Below, piece after piece: positions 1-10,764 of a stretch of DNA of 64,000 nucleotides (its first letter is position 1; each line of letters starts with the position of its first letter). A program made the translations under genes and the position numbers. Below the pieces are notes generated by a model. That model was not told the origin of the DNA, did no database searches, and saw only the letters and a list, made by a program, of their open reading frames with translations. Origin of the DNA: an uncultured Acidimicrobiaceae bacterium (GTDB taxonomy: Bacteria > Actinomycetota > Acidimicrobiia > Acidimicrobiales > Salinilacustritrichaceae); assembly GCA_963972525.1 (NCBI GenBank), contig CAXAUZ010000016.1, positions 18,515 through 82,514 on the forward strand, in the 5' to 3' direction.

Positions 1-190
1 GGTTCGTGTCGCCGGCACCGGGGTGCCGGTCGACCACGTGGGTCACCAGCTGGTGGCCGCGGAGGTCCCAGTCGATCCACCGGTCGGACCGGCGCCCCGC
101 GGGGCAGCCCAGCACCCCGCCGTAGAAGGCCTCGGCGGCGGCGAGGTCGTCGACCGGGACGGCGAGGTGGAACCGGGGCAGCTCTGGCAC
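1..190 (-). CDS. VOC/glyoxalase-family protein, N-terminal part only (gene runs off the window start)
   Basis: Minus-strand GTG at 188-190. Translation VPELPRFHLAVPVDDLAAAEAFYGGVLGCPAGRRSDRWIDWDLRGHQLVTHVV resembles the N-terminal module of vicinal-oxygen-chelate proteins. Absent from the ORF track because it is truncated. Confidence 0.55.
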   Translation of the reverse strand, partial: MPELPRFHLAVPVDDLAAAEAFYGGVLGCPAGRRSDRWIDWDLRGHQLVTHVVDRHPGAGDTN

Positions 191-204
191 GCTGCGAGTC
201 TCCC

Positions 205-1170
205 ATGGACGACGATCGCACCCCGTTGCCCGATCGCGTGCGCGCCGGCGTCGCCGAGGTCGCGTCGCGCGCCGAGCTGGTCCGCATCGGCGAGGCCGCG
301 CTCGCCCGGCTGGCCGCCTCCATCGACCCGTCGCCTCCCGCGCCGTTCCCGGAGGAGCGGTGGGCGGGCAGCGTCGCCGACCGAGCCATGGGCGTGGTGG
401 CGTGGAACGCCGTCAACTTCGGGTCGGGCTGGTTCCCCCACGTCGTCAAGCTCCCCGGCCACTCCGGTGCGCGGACCATGGCGGCCCGCTGGCAGGCGCG
501 CTGCCGCCACGCCGGCGCACCCACGGCGGCGTGGCTGGCCGAGGTCACGGTCGAGCAGGTGGCCGACGTGTTCCACCAGCCCCTCGACGGCGAGGTGCGG
601 GGCCTGCTCGACGCCTTCACCGCCGCCTGGCGCGAGCTGGGTGCGCACCTGCTCGACCACCACGCCGGTTCGGCCGTCGCCATGGTCGAGGCTGCCGACG
701 GACAGGGCGCGGCGCTGACCGCGGAGCTCGGGGCGCTCCCCTGCTGGGACGACCGCCACCGGCTCGACGACCTCGACGTGCCGCTGTACAAGCGGGCCCA
801 GATCGTCGTGTCGAACCTGGCCGGCGCGCTCGCCGACGACGAGCTGGGTCGGTTCGACGACCTGGCCACCCTGACCGCGTTCGCCGACAACCTGGTGCCC
901 CACGTGCTCAAGGTCGCCGGCGTGCTGGTGGTCGACCCCGGGCTCGACGCCCGCATCGAGCGCGAGGAGCTGCTGGCCTCGGGCGAGCGCGGCGAGGTGG
1001 AGCTGCGCGCCGTGGCCGTCCACGTGGTGGAGCTGCTGGTCGAGCGGCTCCGGTCCGCCGGTCACGACGACGTCACGGCCGCGACCGTCGACCACCGGCT
1101 CTGGCAGCAGGGGCAGGACCCGGCCGTGAAGGCCCGGCCGCGCCACCGCTGCCGGTGCACGTACTACTGA
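205..1170 (+). CDS. Queuosine-salvage family protein (DUF2419 / QNG1-like)
   Basis: 321-aa ORF. Motifs WNAVNFGSGWFP, YKRAQIVVSNL and AFADNLVPHVLKVAGVLVVDPGLDARIEREELLASGERGEVELRAVAVHVVELL follow the pattern I recall for the DUF2419/QNG1 family. Confidence 0.7.
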   Translation: MDDDRTPLPDRVRAGVAEVASRAELVRIGEAALARLAASIDPSPPAPFPEERWAGSVADRAMGVVAWNAVNFGSGWFPHVVKLPGHSGARTMAARWQARCRHAGAPTAAWLAEVTVEQVADVFHQPLDGEVRGLLDAFTAAWRELGAHLLDHHAGSAVAMVEAADGQGAALTAELGALPCWDDRHRLDDLDVPLYKRAQIVVSNLAGALADDELGRFDDLATLTAFADNLVPHVLKVAGVLVVDPGLDARIEREELLASGERGEVELRAVAVHVVELLVERLRSAGHDDVTAATVDHRLWQQGQDPAVKARPRHRCRCTYY

Positions 1171-3069
<1,899 letters not shown>

Positions 3070-3072
3070 ACC

Positions 3073-3705
3073 ATGGCCATCTGGCTGGACGCGCTCGTCA
3101 CCGGTGACGAGCCGGCGGCGTGGCGGGCCGCCGGCTTCGCGCTCCACGACGACGAGGTCGCCATCGGCACGGTGCGCGTCCTCTGCACCGGCGACGGCCG
3201 CGGGCATGACCGGTGGCGACTGCGCGCCGACGACGAGGTCGTGCCCACGTCGGTGGACGGGCTCGGCACGTCGGTCACCGATCGTGCGCCGCAGGGCCCG
3301 GTCGAGCACCCCAACGGGGTCTCGCGCCTGGACCACGTCGTGCTCCGGTCCCCCGATCTCGACCGCACCACCGAAGCGTTCGGCGCGCTGGGCCTCGACC
3401 TGCGCCGCACCCGTGACGTGGGCAGCGGCGAGGGGGCGATGCAGCAGCGCTTCTTCCGGATGGGCGAGGTGATCCTGGAGCTGGTCGGTCCCCCGTCACC
3501 GGTCGGCGACGGGCCCTGCAGCATCTGGGGCCTGGCCCTGGTCACCGACGACATCGATGCATCGGCCGCTCACCTCGGGGCGGCGTGCTCGCCCCCGAAG
3601 CCGGCGGTGCAGCCCGGGCGGCGGATCGCCACCGTCCGGACGCGCGAGCTCGGGATCGGACCGACGATCGCGCTGATGACCCCCCACGTGCGGGCGACGG
3701 GCTGA
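3073..3705 (+). CDS. Glyoxalase-like/VOC domain protein
   Basis: 210-aa ORF starting 3 nt after the leuA stop. The C-terminal half (VSRLDHVVLRSPDLDRTTEAFGALGLDL...RFFRMGEVILELV...GLALVTDDID) is VOC-like. Confidence 0.6.
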   Translation: MAIWLDALVTGDEPAAWRAAGFALHDDEVAIGTVRVLCTGDGRGHDRWRLRADDEVVPTSVDGLGTSVTDRAPQGPVEHPNGVSRLDHVVLRSPDLDRTTEAFGALGLDLRRTRDVGSGEGAMQQRFFRMGEVILELVGPPSPVGDGPCSIWGLALVTDDIDASAAHLGAACSPPKPAVQPGRRIATVRTRELGIGPTIALMTPHVRATG

Positions 3706-3727
3706 CGCCCGCCCCCGCGCCCGTGCC

Positions 3728-4390
3728 TCAGGAGGTGCGGGCGTCCTCGCCGTCGCGATCACGGTCGCGGTCGTGGCTGTCGTGGTCGGCGTTGCGGTCG
3801 TAGTCGTGCCGCGCCAGCGCGCTGACGAGCCAGTCGCGGTTGCGGTCGAGCGGACGCTCCAGCCCGGCCTCCTCGGCCCGCTTGGCGAGCTCGTGGTCGC
3901 TCAGCTCGCGGAGCCGGTCCTCGCGGGTGTGCAGGTCGCGCATCGAGTCGCGCTCGACCTTGCCGCGCCACGCGCCGGTGGACTTGCCCCGGGCCTCGAT
4001 GAAGTCCTTGAACTGCTCGAGGTCCTTCTTCGACCGGTCGGAGATGTAGCCACCCCAGTCGGCGACCTTCTCGAGAAAGCCCTTCGGGTCGGTCTCCATC
4101 TGCAGCACCACGCGCGTGGTGTTGTCGTCGAGGGCGTGGAACGTCACGACGCCGGAGTTCTCGGTGCCGTCCGTGGCGGTCCAGGCGACCCGCTGGTCCG
4201 GGGTCTGCTCGGTGATCTCGGCCTGCCACTCCCGGCTGACGCCGGAGATCTTGGCCTTCCAGTGCGTGTGGGTGTCGTCCACCTGGCGCACGTCGACGAC
4301 GTGCTTCATGAACAGGGGGAAGTCCTCGAACTGCGTCCACTGGTCGTAGACGGTGCGGACGGGGAGGTCGATGTCGATCTCGTGGATCAT
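3728..4390 (-). CDS. SRPBCC (polyketide cyclase/dehydrase-like) protein with a helical Rho_N/HeH-like segment and a His/Asp/Arg-rich tail
   Basis: MIHEIDIDLPVRTVYDQWTQFEDFPLFMKHV...VVTFHALDDNTTRVVLQME. ATG at 4390 with GGAG 7 nt upstream. Tail HDYDRNADHDSHDRDRDRDGED. Confidence 0.8.
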   Translation of the reverse strand: MIHEIDIDLPVRTVYDQWTQFEDFPLFMKHVVDVRQVDDTHTHWKAKISGVSREWQAEITEQTPDQRVAWTATDGTENSGVVTFHALDDNTTRVVLQMETDPKGFLEKVADWGGYISDRSKKDLEQFKDFIEARGKSTGAWRGKVERDSMRDLHTREDRLRELSDHELAKRAEEAGLERPLDRNRDWLVSALARHDYDRNADHDSHDRDRDRDGEDARTS

Positions 4391-4469
4391 CGTGGGGCTC
4401 CTTGCATCGGGGGCAGGTCTGGCTCCCGTGCTCCGTACCCGGAAGGGCCGGTCGGGAGTCGGACCGCCC

Positions 4470-5282
4470 TCAGGACCGGAGCAGGCCGTCGATGCGTCGG
4501 CTGGCGACGGCGACCCCCACCGCCACCATCGCGAGCAGGTAGGCGACGTGCACGAGCAGGCCGACGCCCACCTCGCCGGTGGTGAGCGCACGGCACAGCG
4601 CCACCCCCTGGTACAGGGGCGTGAACCGGATGATCGTGGCGAGCGCGCCCGGGTACTGCGACAGCGGGAAGAACGTGGCCGAGAACAGGAACATCGGGGT
4701 GATGGCCAGGTTCACGAAGTCGAAGTCGAGGAACGAGCGCAGGTAGGTGGCGCCGGCGAGGCCGATCGACGCGAACGCCGCACCGATCAGGACGGTGGCG
4801 GGCAGCGCGGCGATCGCCCACCACGACTCCGTGAGCCCGAACAGCGCCATGGTGACGAGGAACGCCGCCGAGTAGAAGGTGCCCCGCATCAGCGCCCAGG
4901 TGACCTCCCCGAGCGCGACGTCCCGCGGTTCGAGCGGCGTCGCCAGGACGGCGTCGTAGAGCTTGGCGTAGCGAAGCCGGATGAAGAAGTTGAACGTGGT
5001 GTCGAACACGGCGCCGTTCATGGCCGCCGTGGCCAGCATGCCGCTGGCCACGAACGTCTCGTAGGGGACCTGCCGGCCGGCGTAGGTGATGTCGCCGACG
5101 AGCGCACCGACGCCGATGCCGATCGAGAGCAGGTACAGGAACGGCTCGACCACGCCCGTGAGCAGGATCGGCCACGCCCGCACGTAGCCGACGACGTTGC
5201 GCTCGGTCAGGCGCAGGAAGCGCTTGCGGGGGTCGAGCGGCGGTGCGATGCGGCCGTGGTCGACCAGGTCCTGGACGCTCAC
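4470..5282 (-). CDS. ABC-2 type exporter permease
   Basis: Multi-TM ORF (RNVVGYVRAWPILLTGVVEPFLYLLSIGIG...TPMFLFSATFFPLSQYP). GTG at 5282 overlaps the upstream stop as GTGA. Confidence 0.85.
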   Translation of the reverse strand: MSVQDLVDHGRIAPPLDPRKRFLRLTERNVVGYVRAWPILLTGVVEPFLYLLSIGIGVGALVGDITYAGRQVPYETFVASGMLATAAMNGAVFDTTFNFFIRLRYAKLYDAVLATPLEPRDVALGEVTWALMRGTFYSAAFLVTMALFGLTESWWAIAALPATVLIGAAFASIGLAGATYLRSFLDFDFVNLAITPMFLFSATFFPLSQYPGALATIIRFTPLYQGVALCRALTTGEVGVGLLVHVAYLLAMVAVGVAVASRRIDGLLRS

Positions 5283-6055
5283 GGGGTCAACCGCCGCTCG
5301 AAGCCGCGGACGCCGAAGGGCAGGGCCGCCGCGGCGACCGCGACCAGGACGCCCACGTGCAGCAGGGTCCAGCCGTCGACGGCGCCGGTGGTGGCGTCGC
5401 GGGCGACCTCCACGCCGTGCCACAGCGGGGAGAGCACCGCGACCGGCTGCACCACCTCGGGCAGCTGCTCGACCGGGAAGAAGGTGCCGGAGAAGAGGAA
5501 CATCGGGATGACCCCGAGGCGCATGATGAGCGGGAAGGTCCGGTCGTCCTCCTTGCGCACGGCGTAGGCGGACAGCGCGCTCATCGTGACGATGGCGAGC
5601 AGCACGGCGGCGACGACGGCGAGGGGCGCCCAGAGCGAGGACACCCCGCCGAGGACCGCGGCCACCACGAGGAACGCGATCGCCGCGGCGCCCGCCCGCA
5701 CGCCGGCGGAGAGGACGAGGCCGCCGTACACGTCCCCCGGGGTCATGGGCGTGGCCACCATCCCCTTGAACTGGCCCATCCACTTCACGCCGCCCATGAC
5801 CCCCCACAGCGCCTCGCCGGCGACCGCGAGCAGCGCGGACGCGGCGAGCAGGCCGGGGGCGACGAAGTCGAGGTAGTCGAGCTGCACGCTGGCGGAGCCC
5901 GCGCCATCGTCGACCAGCCCGCCGAGGCCGATGCCCATGGCGAGCAGGAACAGCACCGGCTGCACGATGGCGGTGAACGCGCTCCCCCGCCAGGTGCGGA
6001 CGAACACGAGCAGCTCCCGCTCGAGGGCCCGCCACACCGACTGCGTCATTCGCAC
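5279..6055 (-). CDS. ABC-2 type exporter permease
   Basis: 258-aa multi-TM ORF (RELLVFVRTWRGSAFTAIVQPVLFLLAMGIG...IPMFLFSGTFFPVEQLP). Starts 4 nt after the ATPase stop. Confidence 0.85.
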   Translation of the reverse strand: MRMTQSVWRALERELLVFVRTWRGSAFTAIVQPVLFLLAMGIGLGGLVDDGAGSASVQLDYLDFVAPGLLAASALLAVAGEALWGVMGGVKWMGQFKGMVATPMTPGDVYGGLVLSAGVRAGAAAIAFLVVAAVLGGVSSLWAPLAVVAAVLLAIVTMSALSAYAVRKEDDRTFPLIMRLGVIPMFLFSGTFFPVEQLPEVVQPVAVLSPLWHGVEVARDATTGAVDGWTLLHVGVLVAVAAAALPFGVRGFERRLTP

Positions 6056-6059
6056 CTGC

Positions 6060-7007
6060 TCACTCCTCCAGCGTCCGGCCGGTGAGCGCGAGGAACACGT
6101 CCTCCAGCGACGCCCGGCGGGTGAGCTCGGTGAGCGGCTCGATGCTGCGCTCGGCCAGGGCGCGGTGGGTGGCCTCGGCGTCGCGGGTGTAGAGGAGCAG
6201 GCGGTCGGCGAGCACCTCGATGCGCTCGGCGGCCTCCCCGGCGGAGGACAGCGCCGCCTCCTGCTCGGCCGGCTCGGCGAAGCGCAGCTCGATGACCTCG
6301 GGCGTGACGTGGCGGTGGATGAGCTCGCGCGGTGAGCCCTCGTCGACGATGCGGCCCTGGTCCATGACCACGAGGCGATCGCACAGCTGCTCGGCCTCGT
6401 CCATGTAGTGGGTGGTGATGATCAGCGTGACACCGCGCCGCTTGAGCCCGTAGAGCCGGTCCCAGAGCAGGTGGCGGGCCTGGGGGTCGAGGCCGGTGGT
6501 GGGCTCGTCGAGCAGGACGAGGTCGGGGTCGTTGATGAGCGCGCGGGCGATGGTGAGGCGACGCTTCATCCCGCCCGAGAGTGGGTCGACCCGGTCGTCG
6601 CGACGGTCGGTGAGGCGGGCGAACTCGAGCAGCTCCTGGGCCCGCTCCCGCAGCACCCGGCGGGGCAGGCCGAAGTAGCGGCCGTAGACGATGAAGTTGT
6701 CCCAGACCGACAGCTCGGTGTCGAGGTTGTCCTCCTGGGGCACCACGCCGATGCGGCTGCGGATGGCGGGCCCGTCGGTGCGCGGGTCGAGGTGCAGCAC
6801 GGACAGCTCGCCCCCCGTGGAGGGCGACACGCAGCTGATCATCCGCATGGTCGAGGTCTTGCCGGCGCCGTTGGGACCGAGGAAGCCGAACACCTCGCCC
6901 CGGCGGACCTCGAAGTCGATGCCGTCCACCGCGACGAAGTCGTCGAAGTGCTTCGTCAGGCCACGGGCCCGCACGAGCGCGTCGGGGTGGAGGGGTCCGT
7001 CAACCAT
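6060..7007 (-). CDS. ABC transporter ATP-binding protein (DrrA/NodI-like exporter ATPase)
   Basis: Walker [10 protein letters not shown], signature LSGGMKRRL, Walker B LVLLDEPTTGLD, H-loop TTHYMDE. ATG at 7005-7007, set by counting 315 aa back from the stop. Confidence 0.9.
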   Translation of the reverse strand: MVDGPLHPDALVRARGLTKHFDDFVAVDGIDFEVRRGEVFGFLGPNGAGKTSTMRMISCVSPSTGGELSVLHLDPRTDGPAIRSRIGVVPQEDNLDTELSVWDNFIVYGRYFGLPRRVLRERAQELLEFARLTDRRDDRVDPLSGGMKRRLTIARALINDPDLVLLDEPTTGLDPQARHLLWDRLYGLKRRGVTLIITTHYMDEAEQLCDRLVVMDQGRIVDEGSPRELIHRHVTPEVIELRFAEPAEQEAALSSAGEAAERIEVLADRLLLYTRDAEATHRALAERSIEPLTELTRRASLEDVFLALTGRTLEE

Positions 7008-7091
7008 CGGAGCGACCGTATCGGCCGGACGTGACCACGACGACGATCTGTTTCGCGGCTTCGCGGAGCACCTCCGTAGGCTCGAACGGCC

Positions 7092-9083
7092 ATGCTCACC
7101 GCCTCCGGACTCTCCCTCGCGCACGGAAGTCGCGTCCTGTTCGAGGACGTGACGCTGTCGCTGTCGACCGGGCGGCGGGTCGCGATGGTCGGCGGCAACG
7201 GCCAGGGGAAGACCTCGCTGCTCAGCATCCTCGTCGGCGACGCCGAGCCCGACACCGGCTCGGTCACCAAGCCCAAGGACATGCGGATCGGCTACCTGGC
7301 CCAGGAGATCCCGTCCGAGGACGACGGCACGGTGCTCGACACCGTCCTCGGCGGTCGGCCCGACATCATGCGGCTGCACCACCAGATCGTGGAGGGGCCG
7401 GCCGACGCCTCCCCCGAGGCGCTGCACGCCTTCGGCGAGGCCCAGACCCAGTACGAGCAGCTCAACGGCTACGCGCTGGAGGCCGAGGCCCACTCGGTGC
7501 TCGCCGGCCTCGGCTTCGCGCCCGACGACGCCGACCGGCAGGTCTCCGAGCTCTCCGGCGGCTGGCGCATGCGCGTCGCCCTCGCCCGCCTGCTGCTCTC
7601 CGGTCCCGATCTGCTCGTGCTCGACGAGCCCACCAACCACCTCGACGTGGACTCCGTCGGCTGGCTCGAGGCCCGGCTGCGGGCGTGGACCGGCGCGCTG
7701 CTGTTCGTCTCCCACGACCGCGACTTCATCGACAACGTCGCCACCCACGTGGTGGAGCTGGCCAACCAGACCCTCACCGAGTACGTCGGCGGCTTCGCCG
7801 AGTTCGTCGTGCAGCGCGAGGAGCGCATCGCCCAGCTCGAGGCGCAGGCGGCGAGCCAGGCCAAGGCCCGGGCCCAGACCGAGCGCTTCGTCGAGCGGTT
7901 CCGGTACAAGGCCACCAAGGCCCGCCAGGTGCAGAGCCGCATCAAGATGCTGGAGAAGCTCGAGAAGATCGAGATCCCCGATCGCAAGGAGCTGCAGGCC
8001 CGCTTCCAGTTCCCCGAGCCGCCCCGCACGTCCCGGGTGGTGGCCGAGCTGTCGCACATGACCGCCGGCTACGGCGACACGCCGATCCTGCGCGACGTGT
8101 CCGTGCACGTCGAGCGGGGCCAGAAGATCGCCCTGGTCGGCCCGAACGGCGCCGGCAAGACCACGCTGCTGAAGATGCTGCTCGGCGACCTGCCCCCGAT
8201 GGAGGGCACGGCCGAGGTCGGCCAGTCGGTCACCGTCGCCCGCTTCGAGCAGCACCAGGCCGACGAGCTCGACCCGAACCAGACCGTGCTGCAGGTCGCC
8301 CGCGACGGCATCGGCAGCGACACGCCCCGCGGCAAGTCGCTGCGCACCTACCTGGGGTCCTTCGGGTTCCGCGACGACGCGGTCGAGCGCCAGGTCGGTG
8401 TCCTGTCCGGCGGCGAGCGCACCCGCCTCGCCCTGGCCAAGGCGATGGCCGAGCCCGCCGGCCTGCTGATCCTCGACGAGCCCACCAACCACCTCGACCT
8501 GGCCAGCTGCGACATGCTCGAGGACGCCCTCAAGGTGTACCCGGGCACCGTCCTGCTGGTCACCCACGACCGATACCTGATCCGCTCGGTCGCCGACGAC
8601 CTCATCGAGGTCCGCGACGGCACGGCCAGGTTCCACCACGGCGTGGACGAGGCCGTGCTCACGCCGACGACCGCCACCACCCGTCGGGACACCTCGGGGA
8701 CGCCCGTGAAGAAGGCGTCGTCGGGGTCCGGCGGCCGCCGCGCCGGGAAGGCCGCGAAGGCCAAGGGCCCGGCCCAGCCGGCGAAGGCCCCGGGCCAGAG
8801 CACCCCGAGCGCGCCGAAGCAGAAGGCCAAGGACAAGCAGGGCGGTGGCGGGAGCCAGCAGGACCGGGATCTGCGCAAGCAGGTCAACCGGCTCGAGAAG
8901 CAGTGGGAGACGGCCGAGGCCAAGGTGGCCGAGCTCCAGGTCGCGCTCGGGAACCCGGACATCTACGCGGATGCCGACAAGCTCACCGAGCTCACCACCG
9001 CCCTCGACGCAGCCAAGGACGAGGCCGTGCGCCTGATGACCGATTGGGAGCAGGCCGCCTCCCGGCTCGAGCGGTCGGGCTGA
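7092..9083 (+). CDS. ABC-F family ATPase (Uup-like, two ABC domains plus a Lys-rich linker and C-terminal coiled coil)
   Basis: Two Walker A motifs ([18 protein letters not shown]), two signatures ([16 protein letters not shown]), no TM segments, inter-domain linker, tail [21 protein letters not shown]. Confidence 0.9.
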   Translation: MLTASGLSLAHGSRVLFEDVTLSLSTGRRVAMVGGNGQGKTSLLSILVGDAEPDTGSVTKPKDMRIGYLAQEIPSEDDGTVLDTVLGGRPDIMRLHHQIVEGPADASPEALHAFGEAQTQYEQLNGYALEAEAHSVLAGLGFAPDDADRQVSELSGGWRMRVALARLLLSGPDLLVLDEPTNHLDVDSVGWLEARLRAWTGALLFVSHDRDFIDNVATHVVELANQTLTEYVGGFAEFVVQREERIAQLEAQAASQAKARAQTERFVERFRYKATKARQVQSRIKMLEKLEKIEIPDRKELQARFQFPEPPRTSRVVAELSHMTAGYGDTPILRDVSVHVERGQKIALVGPNGAGKTTLLKMLLGDLPPMEGTAEVGQSVTVARFEQHQADELDPNQTVLQVARDGIGSDTPRGKSLRTYLGSFGFRDDAVERQVGVLSGGERTRLALAKAMAEPAGLLILDEPTNHLDLASCDMLEDALKVYPGTVLLVTHDRYLIRSVADDLIEVRDGTARFHHGVDEAVLTPTTATTRRDTSGTPVKKASSGSGGRRAGKAAKAKGPAQPAKAPGQSTPSAPKQKAKDKQGGGGSQQDRDLRKQVNRLEKQWETAEAKVAELQVALGNPDIYADADKLTELTTALDAAKDEAVRLMTDWEQAASRLERSG

Positions 9084-9102
9084 ACCGCAACGCGCCCCAG
9101 AT

Positions 9103-9164
9103 CCCGGAACCGGGTCGCGGTGCGCGCATCGGAGGCGTGTGGCGCGGCCCAGAACGGCTCCGGG
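9103..9164 (+). repeat. Structured GC-rich intergenic element, copy A
   Basis: Core GCGGTGCGCGC-ATC-GGAGGCGTGT-GGCGCGGCCCAGAACGG (9117-9157) recurs on the minus strand at 22402-22442. Outer arms 9103-9112 and 9155-9164 pair at 9 of 10 positions. Confidence 0.45.
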
Positions 9165-9187
9165 TCACCCCCTAGAGTCGCCGACCC

Positions 9188-9778
9188 ATGTTGGACCACG
9201 TCTTCACCGACGCGATCGGTGCCCTCCGAGACGCCCTCGAGGCGGCGATGCTCGAGCGGATGACGGCGGAGGAGCGGTTCCAGGTCGACGTGCTCCTCGG
9301 CGACACCACCTGGGAGACGTCCTACGGCCTCCCCGGCGAGGGCAACCCGCCGCGGGTGCGGGCCGACATCACGCTCGACTGGCCCACGTGGTCGCAGTCG
9401 GCGTTCCGGTCGTGGCTGCGCAACGAGGAGCTCGACGACGACCCCCGCATCGAGATCAGCATCGTGCTCCGGCTCCAGCGCCTCGTCGAGCTGCCCCGCC
9501 CCGACCAGGTGACCGCGGTGCTCCCCGTCGACAGCCCGTCGGTCGGCCCGGACCAGCTGCACCGCACCGCACCCACGGTGGAGACCGCCTACACGGCCGA
9601 GCTCGAGCCGGTCAGCCACGCGCTCGAGCTGGCCTACGAGGGCACCTACGACCTGGACGACAAGGCGCTCGGCGACGGGGCCATCCTCGACGACCACTTC
9701 TCCGCCCTCGGCGGCTGGATCGCGTCGATGCTCGTCCGCCTCGGCGACCTGCCCCTCGCCTACCACGACCCCTACTGA
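9188..9778 (+). CDS. Hypothetical protein (acidic, no recognisable domain)
   Basis: 196-aa ORF with coding-like composition and G/C third positions. No motif I recognise and no obvious SD. Confidence 0.55.
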   Translation: MLDHVFTDAIGALRDALEAAMLERMTAEERFQVDVLLGDTTWETSYGLPGEGNPPRVRADITLDWPTWSQSAFRSWLRNEELDDDPRIEISIVLRLQRLVELPRPDQVTAVLPVDSPSVGPDQLHRTAPTVETAYTAELEPVSHALELAYEGTYDLDDKALGDGAILDDHFSALGGWIASMLVRLGDLPLAYHDPY

Positions 9779-9798
9779 CCGAACCCACGGAGCCCGCC

Positions 9799-10587
9799 AT
9801 GTCCGATCCCGTCGTCCTCGTCGAGCGCAGCGACGCCGTCGCCACCGTCACCCTCAACCGCCCCGGCGCCCGCAACGCCCTGAGCCGGGAGCTGCGCAAG
9901 GAGCTCTGGCAGGCCATGTCCGAGCTGGAGGCCGACGTGAACGTGGCCGCCGTCGTCCTCACCGGCGCCGACCCCGCGTTCTGCGCCGGCCTGGACCTGA
10001 AGGAGCTCGCGTCGACCGCCGGCGCCGCGCTGGGCGAGACGGGCGCCACCGGTGACACCGCCAGCGGCCGCGGCCCCATCCCCCCGATGGAGACCCCGGT
10101 CATCGGTGCGATCAACGGCGTGGCCATCACCGGCGGGTTCGAGGTCGCCCTGGCCTGCGACTTCCTGATCGCCTCCGAGCGGGCCGCCTTCGCCGACACC
10201 CACGCCCGCATGGGGATCATGCCCGGCTGGGGCCTGACCGTGCTCCTGCCCGAGGCCGTCGGCTACCGGCGGGCCAAGGAGCTGTCCACCACCGGCAACT
10301 TCCTCGATGCGCCGACCGCGCTGACGTGGGGCCTGGTCAACCACGTCGTGCCCCACGACGAGCTCGTGCCCTTCGCCCAGCAGCTCGCCGCCGACATCGC
10401 CTCCAACGACCAGGCCGGCGTGCGCCGCATGCTCCAGACCTACGACGAAGGCGTGCTGGTCGACGGCCGGGAGGCCTGGGCCATCGAGGGTCGGGTGGCC
10501 GGCGAGTGGCAGGCCGGCGGGCGCGACGGCGCCGACCTCGAGGCACGGCGCAAGGCGGTCACCGAGCGGGGCCGCTCCCAGGTCTGA
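9799..10587 (+). CDS. Enoyl-CoA hydratase/isomerase (crotonase) family protein
   Basis: ATVTLNRPGARNAL...VVLTGADPAFCAGLDLKEL...GAINGVAITGGFEVALACDFLIAS. ATG at 9799 with ACGGAG upstream. Confidence 0.9.
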   Translation: MSDPVVLVERSDAVATVTLNRPGARNALSRELRKELWQAMSELEADVNVAAVVLTGADPAFCAGLDLKELASTAGAALGETGATGDTASGRGPIPPMETPVIGAINGVAITGGFEVALACDFLIASERAAFADTHARMGIMPGWGLTVLLPEAVGYRRAKELSTTGNFLDAPTALTWGLVNHVVPHDELVPFAQQLAADIASNDQAGVRRMLQTYDEGVLVDGREAWAIEGRVAGEWQAGGRDGADLEARRKAVTERGRSQV

Positions 10588-10597
10588 CGCGGAACCG

Positions 10598-10754
10598 CGC
10601 ATCTCGGTCATCACCCTCGGGGTGCAGGACATCGATCGGGCCCGGCGCTTCTCCGAGGCGCTCGGCTGGTCGGGCGAGCCCCCGACGGCGAGGTCGGGTT
10701 CTTCCACACCCGATCTGGCGCCTCGACGACGACGGGACCGTCCACCTCCGCTGA
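10598..10754 (+). pseudogene. Degraded remnant of a small VOC/glyoxalase gene
   Basis: RISVITLGVQDIDRARRFSEALGWSGE reads like a VOC N-terminus but has no start codon. The continuation PDGEVGFFHT needs a frame change, and the last piece IWRLDDDGTVHLR* is in a third frame. Total length is far below a normal domain of about 120 aa. Confidence 0.4.
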
Positions 10755-10764
10755 ACCGTGGGGA

